64,000 nucleotides of DNA from Candidatus Woesebacteria bacterium (GTDB lineage: Bacteria; Patescibacteriota; Microgenomatia; UBA10105; UBA927): the NCBI GenBank assembly GCA_018062625.1, contig JAGORV010000004.1:8234-72233 (forward strand), read 5' to 3'. The notes beneath the pieces are model-generated. The model was not told where the DNA came from, searched no databases, and worked only from the letters and a program-made list of their open reading frames with translations. The translations under genes were made by a program, and so were the position numbers. Shown here in pieces: positions 54,576 through 63,954 of the stretch. Each line of letters begins with the position of its first letter. Position 1 is the stretch's first letter.

Positions 54576-56212
54576 ACGGTATAAAAAAATACGCCGGAGC
54601 ATTACTCATCGGCGGATTCCTTTTGCTACACCTTGTCATCATGCCCTCATACGGCTTTACTTGGGATTTTCACTTTCATTTTTTTGGAGGTGGTCATTTA
54701 TTAGGTTTTGACTGGCAAGAGCTAGAGTCTAGGGCGCTTCCTTATGTTGAACCAGATCCGAGGCGCGCTTGGAGCTTGCCGTATGGCCCAATAATGTCCG
54801 TCCCGCCCGTTGCATCATTTATGGCTCTGCATAAATGGCTCGGCATTCTTCCTGCTGACAGTGCATACCATTTGCCAATAATTTTATGGGGAACGCTTGG
54901 TGTTATCATCCTCTACTTCTTCCTCAAGGAAGCGGTAAATAAACAAGTAGCGCTCATTGGGGCTATATTTTTAGCTGTCACACCTCGATATTTTGGAGAT
55001 ATGCATAACAATATGAAAGATATTCCATCGAGTGTCGTGTTTGCACTGAATATGTGGCTTATCTGGCGTCTTGTTACAAAAAAACGACTCATTGATCTGC
55101 TCTTAGCTACCAGCGCCTTCGCTGTAGCTTTCAGTGTCAAAATTAATAGCGTTTTTATACCTATGGTGTTTGCGGTATGGTACATCCTCACACATATTCC
55201 GTTTCATAAGCCAACCAAGATTTTTTCTCGCGATAAGCTCATACTCCTTTATTGGCTTATTGCGCCCATTTTTGCATTCTTCCTTTGGAGCGCTTTCTGG
55301 CCCAATCCACTGTTCCAGCTTGAGCACGCATATAGAACGTTTGGTATAGGAACAAATAATATAGAAGTCTTGCTAAACGGAGCGTGGTATTGCTCTGGAA
55401 GCACTGTACCGTGGTATTACCCCTTTTGGTATTTGGGTATAACAACGCCACTTCCTATTTTAGTCTTCTGTATCATAAGCATTGTTCGCATTATAAAATC
55501 AGCGATACAAAAAACCCTTAAGCCTATAGAATTGCTTCTTGTCTGCTGGTTATTTGTACCACTGGCTCGCTACATCTTTCCACAAGTTGGCGTTATCGAT
55601 GGTGTTCGACACTTCGAAGAGGCGCTCATCCCCATCGCTGCACTTGCAGCTCTCTCATTTTCTGACCTCATCCGCTTCCTAGCTCACAAACAAAAATCCA
55701 TGAGTATCGCACTTATTATTGGAATTGCCAGCTGGCTTGTATGGAATATAGTGTCGTATCACCCATACCAAATTACCTATTTCAACGAACTTGTCGGTGG
55801 GGTACGTGGAGCATACGGTCGATACGATCTCGATTATTGGGGTACATCACAAAAAGCGGCAGTGCTTTGGGTAAACGAGCATGCTCCCAAAAATGCCAAA
55901 GTGCATATTGTCATGGCTGCAAATGTAGCGGGCACGTACTTACGACCTGACTTACTGCCAAACCTCAACAAATTTGGATATGATGAATCGGATTTCGTTA
56001 TATTTCTCAATCGTCAGTCTTTTTTCTATAGATTTTTCTACTCCTACGAATATCTATTGGTACACAAGCCCGTCCACACAATCGAAGCACAAGGAACTCC
56101 CCTTACATGGATATTCGATAACCGTACCGACAATGTAATCCAGAAACAATCACCATGGTGGCAAGAAGAAGATCCATGTATTATCAAATACTGGTCCAGT
56201 AGTACACCTTAA
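54572..56212 (+). CDS. Polytopic membrane protein, GT-C (PMT_2-like) glycosyltransferase candidate
   Basis: ATGA overlap with the upstream gene. The first loop is GFTWDFHFHFFGGGHLL...EPDPRRAWSLPYGP. There are many TM segments and a soluble C-terminal domain. Confidence 0.55.
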   Translation: MNGIKKYAGALLIGGFLLLHLVIMPSYGFTWDFHFHFFGGGHLLGFDWQELESRALPYVEPDPRRAWSLPYGPIMSVPPVASFMALHKWLGILPADSAYHLPIILWGTLGVIILYFFLKEAVNKQVALIGAIFLAVTPRYFGDMHNNMKDIPSSVVFALNMWLIWRLVTKKRLIDLLLATSAFAVAFSVKINSVFIPMVFAVWYILTHIPFHKPTKIFSRDKLILLYWLIAPIFAFFLWSAFWPNPLFQLEHAYRTFGIGTNNIEVLLNGAWYCSGSTVPWYYPFWYLGITTPLPILVFCIISIVRIIKSAIQKTLKPIELLLVCWLFVPLARYIFPQVGVIDGVRHFEEALIPIAALAALSFSDLIRFLAHKQKSMSIALIIGIASWLVWNIVSYHPYQITYFNELVGGVRGAYGRYDLDYWGTSQKAAVLWVNEHAPKNAKVHIVMAANVAGTYLRPDLLPNLNKFGYDESDFVIFLNRQSFFYRFFYSYEYLLVHKPVHTIEAQGTPLTWIFDNRTDNVIQKQSPWWQEEDPCIIKYWSSSTP

Positions 56213-58335
56213 TATCTCTTTCGAAGCAACCAAATCAAAAACACTCCAGTAACGAACGTAATCGCACCTCCTATGATAAATATCATGGGCTTATATTCAT
56301 ATGTTATCGTATGTTTCCCCGCAGAAACAAAAAGTGTTCGAAATGCTATATTTGATTCGTATATAGCGACCTCTTTATCGTCGATATAAGCATGCCAACC
56401 AGGATAAAAAATCTCAGAACTCGACAAGTATGCGTCACATGAAGTGCTAGCAGAAAGTATCACTTTATTGGGTGTATATGACACCACTTCAACACTTCCG
56501 GTGCCCTCACTGCACGGTAACGATACTTGCTCCTCAGATCGATTTCGGTCTTGGATCAGTACTATAGTTGTTAGATCTACATCTTTTCGTAATTTTTCGA
56601 TAATTCGCTCTCGTGTTTTGTAAAATTGAGCATTCGAAACAAAGAAAAATCGCTCCATCACTTTCGTATTCGTATAAAGTTGGTATCCAGCAACACTATC
56701 AGTACGTGCAAGCTCCCACATACCACTTCCCCGCCCTATATTTGGGTCATACGCACCATTCGGAAGCATAAGGTGTTTTATGCTAAGAAATGATATATAT
56801 GGCGACGTCACATCCATATAAGGAACCTGTACATCATGGTCTACCAAACTTGATCTCGTACTTTTATTGAGCGCTTCTATAAATTCGTAATAACTCTTTA
56901 ATATAGATGGGTCATATCCCGTTGCAGACTGCAGGTCATATGCCATGACCCCATCAAAATCCAATACATCTCGTTGTGGGAGCCAAACTCCAAAATTTTG
57001 AAGTATACGATATGGATTCGTATCCTTTTTTAAATACGAGACAAGCGTCTCGTCGTGCCGAACTTCTGGAGTCGTATTCAGAGAAATAAATCCGCGTCCA
57101 AACAACACCAACTCGATAACTATCGCCACACCCACGATATACGATAGATACGTATTTTTTATCATTCGCATGCCTATACCAACCAATCCTGACAATCCAA
57201 ATACCACAAGAACCAGATGCCGAGGAGGTATACGCAAATGCGCATACATGGGTACTAATTGCCATAGAATTTTCTGTAAATCTATCGGAGCATTCGGGCC
57301 CAATGAAATCCACAATCCAAAAAACACAAGCGTCGTAAACAGCAGGCCTACGACACACACAGACACATCTACTTTTTTTCGAAGCAACACGCCTATGCCA
57401 CAAAGGCTCAAAACTAAACCGAACAAGCCGATATATGCACTATGTTCTACAAAATTTGGCGGTGGCCCGCTATAGGTATATTGATTACCAAACTGAAATG
57501 GATTGAGAAATTGCAATAAACTTCGCCACTCATATGACCCATATGCATGCCATGCATAGGGAAAAGAAAAAAGTCGTATGCTCCTCCCAAAAAACTCTTG
57601 TTCGGGCAAAATTTGAATCGCAGCAAGCAGTAACCCTGCGACCCCAGCCAGTACAACACTGATAATCGGTGTAAACTTTTTGACGCTTATAGAATAAAAC
57701 ACACTGAGTAGCCCAATAGCTATGACGGTAAAAAAAGCCATCGTCTGATACCCTGCAAATAATTGCAGCGCAAAACAAATACTTGCCAGTGCAAAATAAT
57801 GCGGTTTGCCTATACCACGTCGCAATTCCGACGAAAAACGCATTAGCTTCCAAAAAGCCCCCACCACCCACGGTATCCAGCTGGCCGCAGCAATCACATC
57901 GACGTGCCCTGCAAATGTACGGGCCATAAAAAATCCAGATAACCCAAACACTACCCCACTCACCCACGCGGCAATATCAAATTGCTTTTTGACCCGCACA
58001 AGTACGTACATCCCAACCATGGCCCAAAGCACATGCAATGCTATATGCCAACTATATACGAGGTTTAACGGTAATATAAAAAATAACCAATTCGGTGGAT
58101 ACCAAATATTTACCACAGGATCTGCGATATATGGTTGACCACCAAAGATACTTGGGTTCCACCATGGAAAGACTCCTCGACTGATCCAGTGATTAAAAAA
58201 TTCACGAAAAAAGTAGTACGCACGATGAATATCATCGCCATACAAAAGCATCCCACTATTTGGCCATAAAGCCCCACCAAATATCACAAGCACTACAGCG
58301 CTAAAGAGCAATATCGGCAAAATCTTTTGTTTCAT
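56209..58335 (-). CDS. YfhO-family polytopic membrane protein (glycosyltransferase-like)
   Basis: LLYGDDIHRAYYFFREFFNHWISRGVFPWWNPSIFGGQPYIADP matches the YfhO N-terminal signature. It is 708 aa with a terminal TM segment after a large extracytoplasmic domain. Confidence 0.7.
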   Translation of the reverse strand: MKQKILPILLFSAVVLVIFGGALWPNSGMLLYGDDIHRAYYFFREFFNHWISRGVFPWWNPSIFGGQPYIADPVVNIWYPPNWLFFILPLNLVYSWHIALHVLWAMVGMYVLVRVKKQFDIAAWVSGVVFGLSGFFMARTFAGHVDVIAAASWIPWVVGAFWKLMRFSSELRRGIGKPHYFALASICFALQLFAGYQTMAFFTVIAIGLLSVFYSISVKKFTPIISVVLAGVAGLLLAAIQILPEQEFFGRSIRLFSFPYAWHAYGSYEWRSLLQFLNPFQFGNQYTYSGPPPNFVEHSAYIGLFGLVLSLCGIGVLLRKKVDVSVCVVGLLFTTLVFFGLWISLGPNAPIDLQKILWQLVPMYAHLRIPPRHLVLVVFGLSGLVGIGMRMIKNTYLSYIVGVAIVIELVLFGRGFISLNTTPEVRHDETLVSYLKKDTNPYRILQNFGVWLPQRDVLDFDGVMAYDLQSATGYDPSILKSYYEFIEALNKSTRSSLVDHDVQVPYMDVTSPYISFLSIKHLMLPNGAYDPNIGRGSGMWELARTDSVAGYQLYTNTKVMERFFFVSNAQFYKTRERIIEKLRKDVDLTTIVLIQDRNRSEEQVSLPCSEGTGSVEVVSYTPNKVILSASTSCDAYLSSSEIFYPGWHAYIDDKEVAIYESNIAFRTLFVSAGKHTITYEYKPMIFIIGGAITFVTGVFLIWLLRKRY

Positions 58336-59069
58336 ATTTTTTGTGCAACAACGACCAGTGTGGCGCCAAATGGAAGCCTATACCCGATAAGACGCTCTAG
58401 CCTCAATATGAAAAGAAGTAAACGATTTATCCATGCTGAGGGCATAGCCAAATACCTCTGTACCACATCTTCACCATTGCTCCCCACCAACACTCTCCAT
58501 AACGAATAAACAGGAAGTAACAATGAGTTCCAATATCCCATATGGACTACACGAAACCCCGAATTCTTTAAAAGTGTCGTCATGCTTTGAGTCGTATACC
58601 TCCGTTTGTGCCCAGATGCGGTATCCACAGCTGACCAAAGGTGCATACCCGCAGGCACTGTTAAAAATACATATCCTCCAACACGCAACAGCTCATGACA
58701 TTTTTTTATAAACCCCGTGTCATCGTGTATATGCTCCATCACATCAAAAGCTCCGACTGCATCAAACAGTTTTTTTGAATTAAATTGAAATATAGATGAG
58801 CGCACAAGAACGCTCGTTGTTTGATGTTTCGCATACGTCAGAGCACGAGCATTTACATCGATACCCGTGGTAGTAAACCCAAGTTGCGCAAGCAGTCTCA
58901 ACATAACTCCCGTGCCACAACCTATATCCAAAAAAGTACGACCTGTGGGAACGGGAACAAACCGAGTAATCATCGAAGTTATAAGCTCGCTTCGTCCGAC
59001 AAACCAAAAATGTTTCCGCTCTACAAGATGAACATGCGAATAATGCTCTGCGTTATATGTTTTGCTCAT
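58332..59069 (-). CDS. Class I SAM-dependent methyltransferase
   Basis: Motifs are ERKHFWFVGR and FLDIGCGTGVMLRLLAQLGFTTTGIDVN. It is paralogous to the N-terminal half of 41624..43090. ATGA overlap with the YfhO-like gene. Confidence 0.8.
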   Translation of the reverse strand: MSKTYNAEHYSHVHLVERKHFWFVGRSELITSMITRFVPVPTGRTFLDIGCGTGVMLRLLAQLGFTTTGIDVNARALTYAKHQTTSVLVRSSIFQFNSKKLFDAVGAFDVMEHIHDDTGFIKKCHELLRVGGYVFLTVPAGMHLWSAVDTASGHKRRYTTQSMTTLLKNSGFRVVHMGYWNSLLLPVYSLWRVLVGSNGEDVVQRYLAMPSAWINRLLLFILRLERLIGYRLPFGATLVVVAQKI

Positions 59070-59114
59070 AGAATGTTTGTATAGTAAAAAAGATAGGTAT
59101 CACGCACGCTGGAC

Positions 59115-60791
59115 TTATAATATGCCGTACACCGTCACATAGGCATTCTGATACACAGAACGTAAAAATGGATATATGCGAGCGAGATCTGCCACTGCCC
59201 CATCTTCCCGTTCTTGAGGACCAAAAAATACATAGGATGCACCAGTCGCACGGACAAATTCACGCGCAACGATTGGCGACATTTCTCCGGAAAAAAATCG
59301 CGTTGTCTCTACACGTTTCTGCTCAGCATTCACCGTATTATCATGCCCGACATAGACACGATTTCCACTATAGACTGGAATATAATTGCCCGCAGTCGTT
59401 TCTGAAAGCACTATCTGATCTCGATCTGCATTATTTTGTATATAAGAAATTGCCCCGATAAAATCTCGCAGAGGATACATCACATAACTTCCTGTAGGTA
59501 CCAATGGCACCGCAGCGCGAATTTTATGATCCACGAACTCCTTTTGCCACAAATAGGAAGAAAACATGTGAAATAGTCCTAGTACAATCATACCCAGAGA
59601 AAGAAACAATGAAGCAAACTGACTGATCCCTCGCAATGCATGGGTTTTGGCATAAAACGTGAACATACTAAAAAACACATATGCACCAAGTATCCCGAGT
59701 GCCACGTGTGGAACCATTTCTGAAAACCGCAATGGACTCTGTGAAGGAATAAACCGAAAAACCCCAAGAAGTATTATCCATGCGACCGCCCATGAAATCG
59801 CAGGGATCATATGTCGCTCTCTCTTCCATACTGCAATACCTGCCCCAATAAGTCCCAGTGGAAGGATCGGACCCATGGCTTTTATATACTCTAGGTAATC
59901 AAACGGTAAAGGATGGAGAATATCAAGCTCAGCCAATCGTTTCCACGGATAAAACGAGGTCATCAATAGTAGATATACCAAGGCAGGTGCACTCACGCAT
60001 ATAAATCCAAAAATAGGCACAAACCATTCCCCTATAACGTGTTTTATGGTCTTTTTTTCAAATGCCCAATCCAATAGTACGAGCACGAAAAGCGTTGTGT
60101 ATACAAAAATAAGTCCAGGAGGAAATATCATTCCCAATATAAATCCTAAAATCCCCAAAAATATATTTACCGAATGCTGTTTCATGCCCATTTTTGAAAC
60201 AAAAGCCAACACAATCACCAACATAAGCGCCTGACCTGCTAGCAAATGAGGAATAAACGTAATCCGCTGTAAACTATCCATGACAGACCACCATGCCATG
60301 TATCCTCCAAACCGAGGAACGCCCTCCATCATCACTAGCTTTGGCCAAGAAGACGCAGTAACGACGAGTAAAAATCCGATCATTGTCCAAGTACTAGCAT
60401 GTACCACCTTTTCAAAACTTCGTTTACACCATGCAGCAATCGCAAACAGCAAGGCAAGCGCAAGCACGATACGAGCCACATGATAGACATCTGCGGGTCT
60501 GTAGCTCGGAACCCTTACCCAAGCGCCAACTTTTCCCAATAGTAAATAAAATTCATGTATAAACGATCCATTATGCTGCTCAGTCGTATACACTTCGTGT
60601 ACTGTCCACTTCCCCTCTAGCCCCATACGAATTCGTGAAAGATAAAAATTATAATCCGTCGGAAAATTATGCACGAGCTCAAATTGTCGATTGGATTGAA
60701 GCGTGTGCGCACGAGACAACTCATATGCAGAGGGAGCCAGCGAAAATAGAACAAAAGCAATAATAACAAACGTCAGTATCCCGTTTTTCAT
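59115..60791 (-). CDS. Polytopic membrane protein, paralog of 52983..54575
   Basis: 558 aa. It shares the DY.FY(L/I)S.I motif and overall architecture with 52983..54575, and has a soluble C-terminal domain. Confidence 0.5.
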   Translation of the reverse strand: MKNGILTFVIIAFVLFSLAPSAYELSRAHTLQSNRQFELVHNFPTDYNFYLSRIRMGLEGKWTVHEVYTTEQHNGSFIHEFYLLLGKVGAWVRVPSYRPADVYHVARIVLALALLFAIAAWCKRSFEKVVHASTWTMIGFLLVVTASSWPKLVMMEGVPRFGGYMAWWSVMDSLQRITFIPHLLAGQALMLVIVLAFVSKMGMKQHSVNIFLGILGFILGMIFPPGLIFVYTTLFVLVLLDWAFEKKTIKHVIGEWFVPIFGFICVSAPALVYLLLMTSFYPWKRLAELDILHPLPFDYLEYIKAMGPILPLGLIGAGIAVWKRERHMIPAISWAVAWIILLGVFRFIPSQSPLRFSEMVPHVALGILGAYVFFSMFTFYAKTHALRGISQFASLFLSLGMIVLGLFHMFSSYLWQKEFVDHKIRAAVPLVPTGSYVMYPLRDFIGAISYIQNNADRDQIVLSETTAGNYIPVYSGNRVYVGHDNTVNAEQKRVETTRFFSGEMSPIVAREFVRATGASYVFFGPQEREDGAVADLARIYPFLRSVYQNAYVTVYGIL

Positions 60792-60815
60792 AGTCTTTCA
60801 AGAGTATAGCATCGC

Positions 60816-60844
60816 TTGACTTCGCCAGTATATTCCACAATAAT
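60816..60844 (+). promoter_or_regulatory. Candidate sigma70-like promoter, possibly producing a leaderless mRNA
   Basis: TTGACT (60816-60821) is followed by a 17-nt spacer and AATAAT (60839-60844). The ATG at 60851 lies 6 nt downstream with no Shine-Dalgarno sequence. Confidence 0.3.
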
Positions 60845-60850
60845 GTGCCT

Positions 60851-61405
60851 ATGGCTACAGCACTAACATTAGCGGATATTGACGAAAAAGTGAGCTCAAA
60901 AATCTACGTGCAGGACTACACATCCAAACCCACTATTGATGGAGTCTCCATAGTAACTCTCAAAAATATGTCTGGTGAAGATAGTGATTTTTCAGAATTA
61001 TTACGAATCAATCCTCAGGGCGAATCGGAGCAATTCCCAGGATTTCATGTAGCACAGATTAACCGCAGCACGCAGATACCGGGGTCAGTCAAGGCATGGC
61101 ATATACATTTCGCACAAGATGAACTATGGTACGTCGCCGACGAATCACGACTCATGACGGGGCTCTGGGATGTCCGAAAAAATTCCCCCACGTTTGGCGC
61201 AACTATGCGTATACCTATGGGGGGAAGCTCTCATCGGATGGTATATATTCCTCGAGGAGTTGCACACGGAGCGGCAAATTTTTCGTCTAATATCGCTACC
61301 ATTATGTATTTTATGAATGGACAATTTAACCTAAATAATCCTGACGAACGCAGAATCCCATGGGATTCTCATGGAAAAGAATTTTGGGAACCCCAACGCG
61401 ATTAA
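60851..61405 (+). CDS. dTDP-4-dehydrorhamnose 3,5-epimerase-family (RmlC-like cupin) sugar epimerase/isomerase
   Basis: QINRSTQIPGSVKAWHIHFAQDELWYV...GLWDVRKNSPTFG...VYIPRGVAHGAANF matches the RmlC-family pattern. A GTG at 60845 is also open. Confidence 0.75.
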   Translation: MATALTLADIDEKVSSKIYVQDYTSKPTIDGVSIVTLKNMSGEDSDFSELLRINPQGESEQFPGFHVAQINRSTQIPGSVKAWHIHFAQDELWYVADESRLMTGLWDVRKNSPTFGATMRIPMGGSSHRMVYIPRGVAHGAANFSSNIATIMYFMNGQFNLNNPDERRIPWDSHGKEFWEPQRD

Positions 61406-61433
61406 TCGTATTCTCCCTGCCCTCATAGAATAT

Positions 61434-62540
61434 ATGCGCCGTTTAGACTTTTATACAATCGCGGTAACCAACGCAAAGCATCAAAAGAAATACCTAAACG
61501 CCTTTCTAAACGTGCTCAAACGTGGAATATATTTACGAGGCCCCGAAAATAAAAAACTCACCGCACTACTTTCTAAAAAAATTGGCGCTCCTGTAATCAG
61601 CGTAGCGTCTGGCCATGATGCATTGTTACTAACTCTACAATCGCTCCATCTTCAGCTTTCAGACGAGGTTATCATTCCAGCAAACGCATATCCCACCGCA
61701 TTTGCTGCGGCGCTGTGTGGAGCTAAACTCACCCTAGTAGATGTAGACAAAAACGGACAACTCGCATCTAGTACAGTTGCCAATGCCATAAATCGCCATA
61801 CAAAAGCAGTTATCATGGTCCATCTCTATGGTGCAACCGGTGACATAGACGCTATTGATCTACTCTGCAAACAAAAAGGCATCATACTTATAGAAGATTG
61901 TGCACAAGCGTTTGGTACCACGTATAAAAATAAATATGTAGGAACCATTGGCACAGTCGGTTGTTTCTCATTTTATCCCACAAAAAACTTAGGGAGCTTT
62001 GGTGATGGCGGTGCCATAAGCACAAAAAACAAATCACTGTGCATAGAAATACAAAAACGAACGCTCTACGGCGAAACGACAAGATACAATAGCACGCTCA
62101 TAGCGGGTCACAGCAACCTTCCAGAACTTCAGGCAGCGGGACTAATTATTTCTCTCCGCAACGCAGATACAATACTCCGAGCAAAGAAACAGGTTGCATC
62201 ATGGTACATGGAAGCAATTCAAAGACTTTCACCTCGTGTGATACCGCTCGTCTCCGATGAAGCAAGCACACCAGCGCTTCATCTTTTTGTGGTACGAGCA
62301 TCACGTAGAGATGCACTCAGACAATTCCTTGCCAAACGGCATATACCAACATATATACACTACCCTACTCCCGTTCATCTTGTGCCTAGTTTTGCGCATC
62401 TCGGCTATACACGTGGGTCATTTCCAAATGCAGAATTGATGGCAAAAGAGATTATCAGTCTGCCGTTCCATGCTTCTATGACCAAAAAGGATGTTTTAAC
62501 CGTTATACATACAATTTCTAAATTTTATACGTCATTCTGA
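61434..62540 (+). CDS. DegT/DnrJ/EryC1/StrS-family sugar aminotransferase (third copy)
   Basis: Motifs are SGHDALLLTLQSLHLQLSDEVIIPANAYPTAFAAALCGAKLTLVDVD, EDCAQAFGTTYKNK and FSFYPTKNLGSFGDGGAISTKN. The ORF also opens at ATG 61371, which would overlap the previous gene by 35 nt. Confidence 0.8.
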   Translation: MRRLDFYTIAVTNAKHQKKYLNAFLNVLKRGIYLRGPENKKLTALLSKKIGAPVISVASGHDALLLTLQSLHLQLSDEVIIPANAYPTAFAAALCGAKLTLVDVDKNGQLASSTVANAINRHTKAVIMVHLYGATGDIDAIDLLCKQKGIILIEDCAQAFGTTYKNKYVGTIGTVGCFSFYPTKNLGSFGDGGAISTKNKSLCIEIQKRTLYGETTRYNSTLIAGHSNLPELQAAGLIISLRNADTILRAKKQVASWYMEAIQRLSPRVIPLVSDEASTPALHLFVVRASRRDALRQFLAKRHIPTYIHYPTPVHLVPSFAHLGYTRGSFPNAELMAKEIISLPFHASMTKKDVLTVIHTISKFYTSF

Positions 62541-62554
62541 TACCATCAGTATCC

Positions 62555-63244
62555 ATGAAGCAACTTCCAAGCCTTTCTATATTTTTTCCAAGTCTCAATG
62601 ATGCTCGCTCTTTGCCAACGCTGATAAAACAAGCAGATAAAACAGCGCGTAATTTATCCACTCGATACGAAATTCTTATCATAGACGACGGCTCTACAGA
62701 CAACACGCGACACATAACATCATCACTTCATAAACGTTTTCCTCATCTACGTATAATCACCCACCCAACCAACAAAGGCTATGGCGCAGCTCTAAAATCA
62801 GGATTTAAACACGCCAAATTTGATTGGATTTTTTATACCGATGGTGATGGCCAATACGATCCTCGAGAACTTGCAAAACTGATAACACAAGCCTCTCCAA
62901 ATGTAGATGTGGTAAATGGATATAAAATACATCGTGCAGACCACTGGATCCGTCGTCTAATCGGATATATATATAATCGGTATGCACATGTGGCAAATAG
63001 ACTTCCTATTTCCGACATAGACTGTGATTTTCGCCTCATACGACGATCTGTACTTTCGACAATTACCCTTAAAAACGACTCTGGTGCAATATGTTTGGAG
63101 CTTATTTCCAAGCTCCATGCAAAGGGTGCTAGATTTGCTGAAGTTGCAGTCCATCATTATCCCCGACGATTCGGACAATCAGAATTTTTTCGCATAAGAC
63201 ATGTATATGCTATGTTTCAGTCGCTAATACATCGTAGATTCTAG
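62555..63244 (+). CDS. GT2 glycosyltransferase (DPM1/GtrB-like)
   Basis: Motifs are LSIFFPSLNDARSL, ILIIDDGSTDNT and YTDGDGQYDP. Confidence 0.85.
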   Translation: MKQLPSLSIFFPSLNDARSLPTLIKQADKTARNLSTRYEILIIDDGSTDNTRHITSSLHKRFPHLRIITHPTNKGYGAALKSGFKHAKFDWIFYTDGDGQYDPRELAKLITQASPNVDVVNGYKIHRADHWIRRLIGYIYNRYAHVANRLPISDIDCDFRLIRRSVLSTITLKNDSGAICLELISKLHAKGARFAEVAVHHYPRRFGQSEFFRIRHVYAMFQSLIHRRF

Positions 63245-63269
63245 TACGCACATTCTTTATACTTTATAC

Positions 63270-63947
63270 ATGGAACAAAACAATCAATCGGATATAAAAA
63301 CACTGCTTCCGGCTGTTGGAGTCAGTATTTTTTTGGTTCTCATCATTGGGTTTGCAGTAGCACATGCCAAATCACAAACTGGTACGATCGTGCTTCCAGG
63401 AGGTATAACATATCTCGGTCCCACTCCCACACCAACACCAGCGAACGGAGAAAAATTTAGCTCAGTGATGGGGGGCCAAATCCCGATCCCTGACAATGCC
63501 GAATGGGTAGAATACAAAGGTAAAATGCTCCCCTACCGATTTAATTACCCCAACACCATATCACTTGGCGTATTTCCCAATGATCCATACGACTCAGTCA
63601 CGGTTTTTTACAATGGCACCGATGCACAAGGAAATCTTTTTTTTCGAGTAGAAGATCTGAAACAATTACAAAAAGACTCATTTGTAACCAAACCAAAAAT
63701 TGAATATATCAACCAATGGTGGAAAGACTATTCATGGAGCGGAGTCTCTAGTGTCACACCGTTTACCAACGGTAATGGATTAGTTGGATACCGCGCAAAA
63801 TATATCGATAGCAAAGGTCAAACTCCATACGAACACGTATTTTTTGAAGTACCCAATAATAAAAACTTAGTCATGTGGATCAGTGGGAAATTATTTTCCC
63901 AAACGGTCTTTGACAAGCTTGTTGATTCGGTAAGTTGGAGCAAATAA
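63270..63947 (+). CDS. Hypothetical membrane-anchored protein
   Basis: The TM segment LLPAVGVSIFLVLIIGFAVA and a PTPTPTP linker are followed by a soluble domain. No recognisable family. Confidence 0.6.
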   Translation: MEQNNQSDIKTLLPAVGVSIFLVLIIGFAVAHAKSQTGTIVLPGGITYLGPTPTPTPANGEKFSSVMGGQIPIPDNAEWVEYKGKMLPYRFNYPNTISLGVFPNDPYDSVTVFYNGTDAQGNLFFRVEDLKQLQKDSFVTKPKIEYINQWWKDYSWSGVSSVTPFTNGNGLVGYRAKYIDSKGQTPYEHVFFEVPNNKNLVMWISGKLFSQTVFDKLVDSVSWSK

Positions 63948-63954
63948 ATACACA

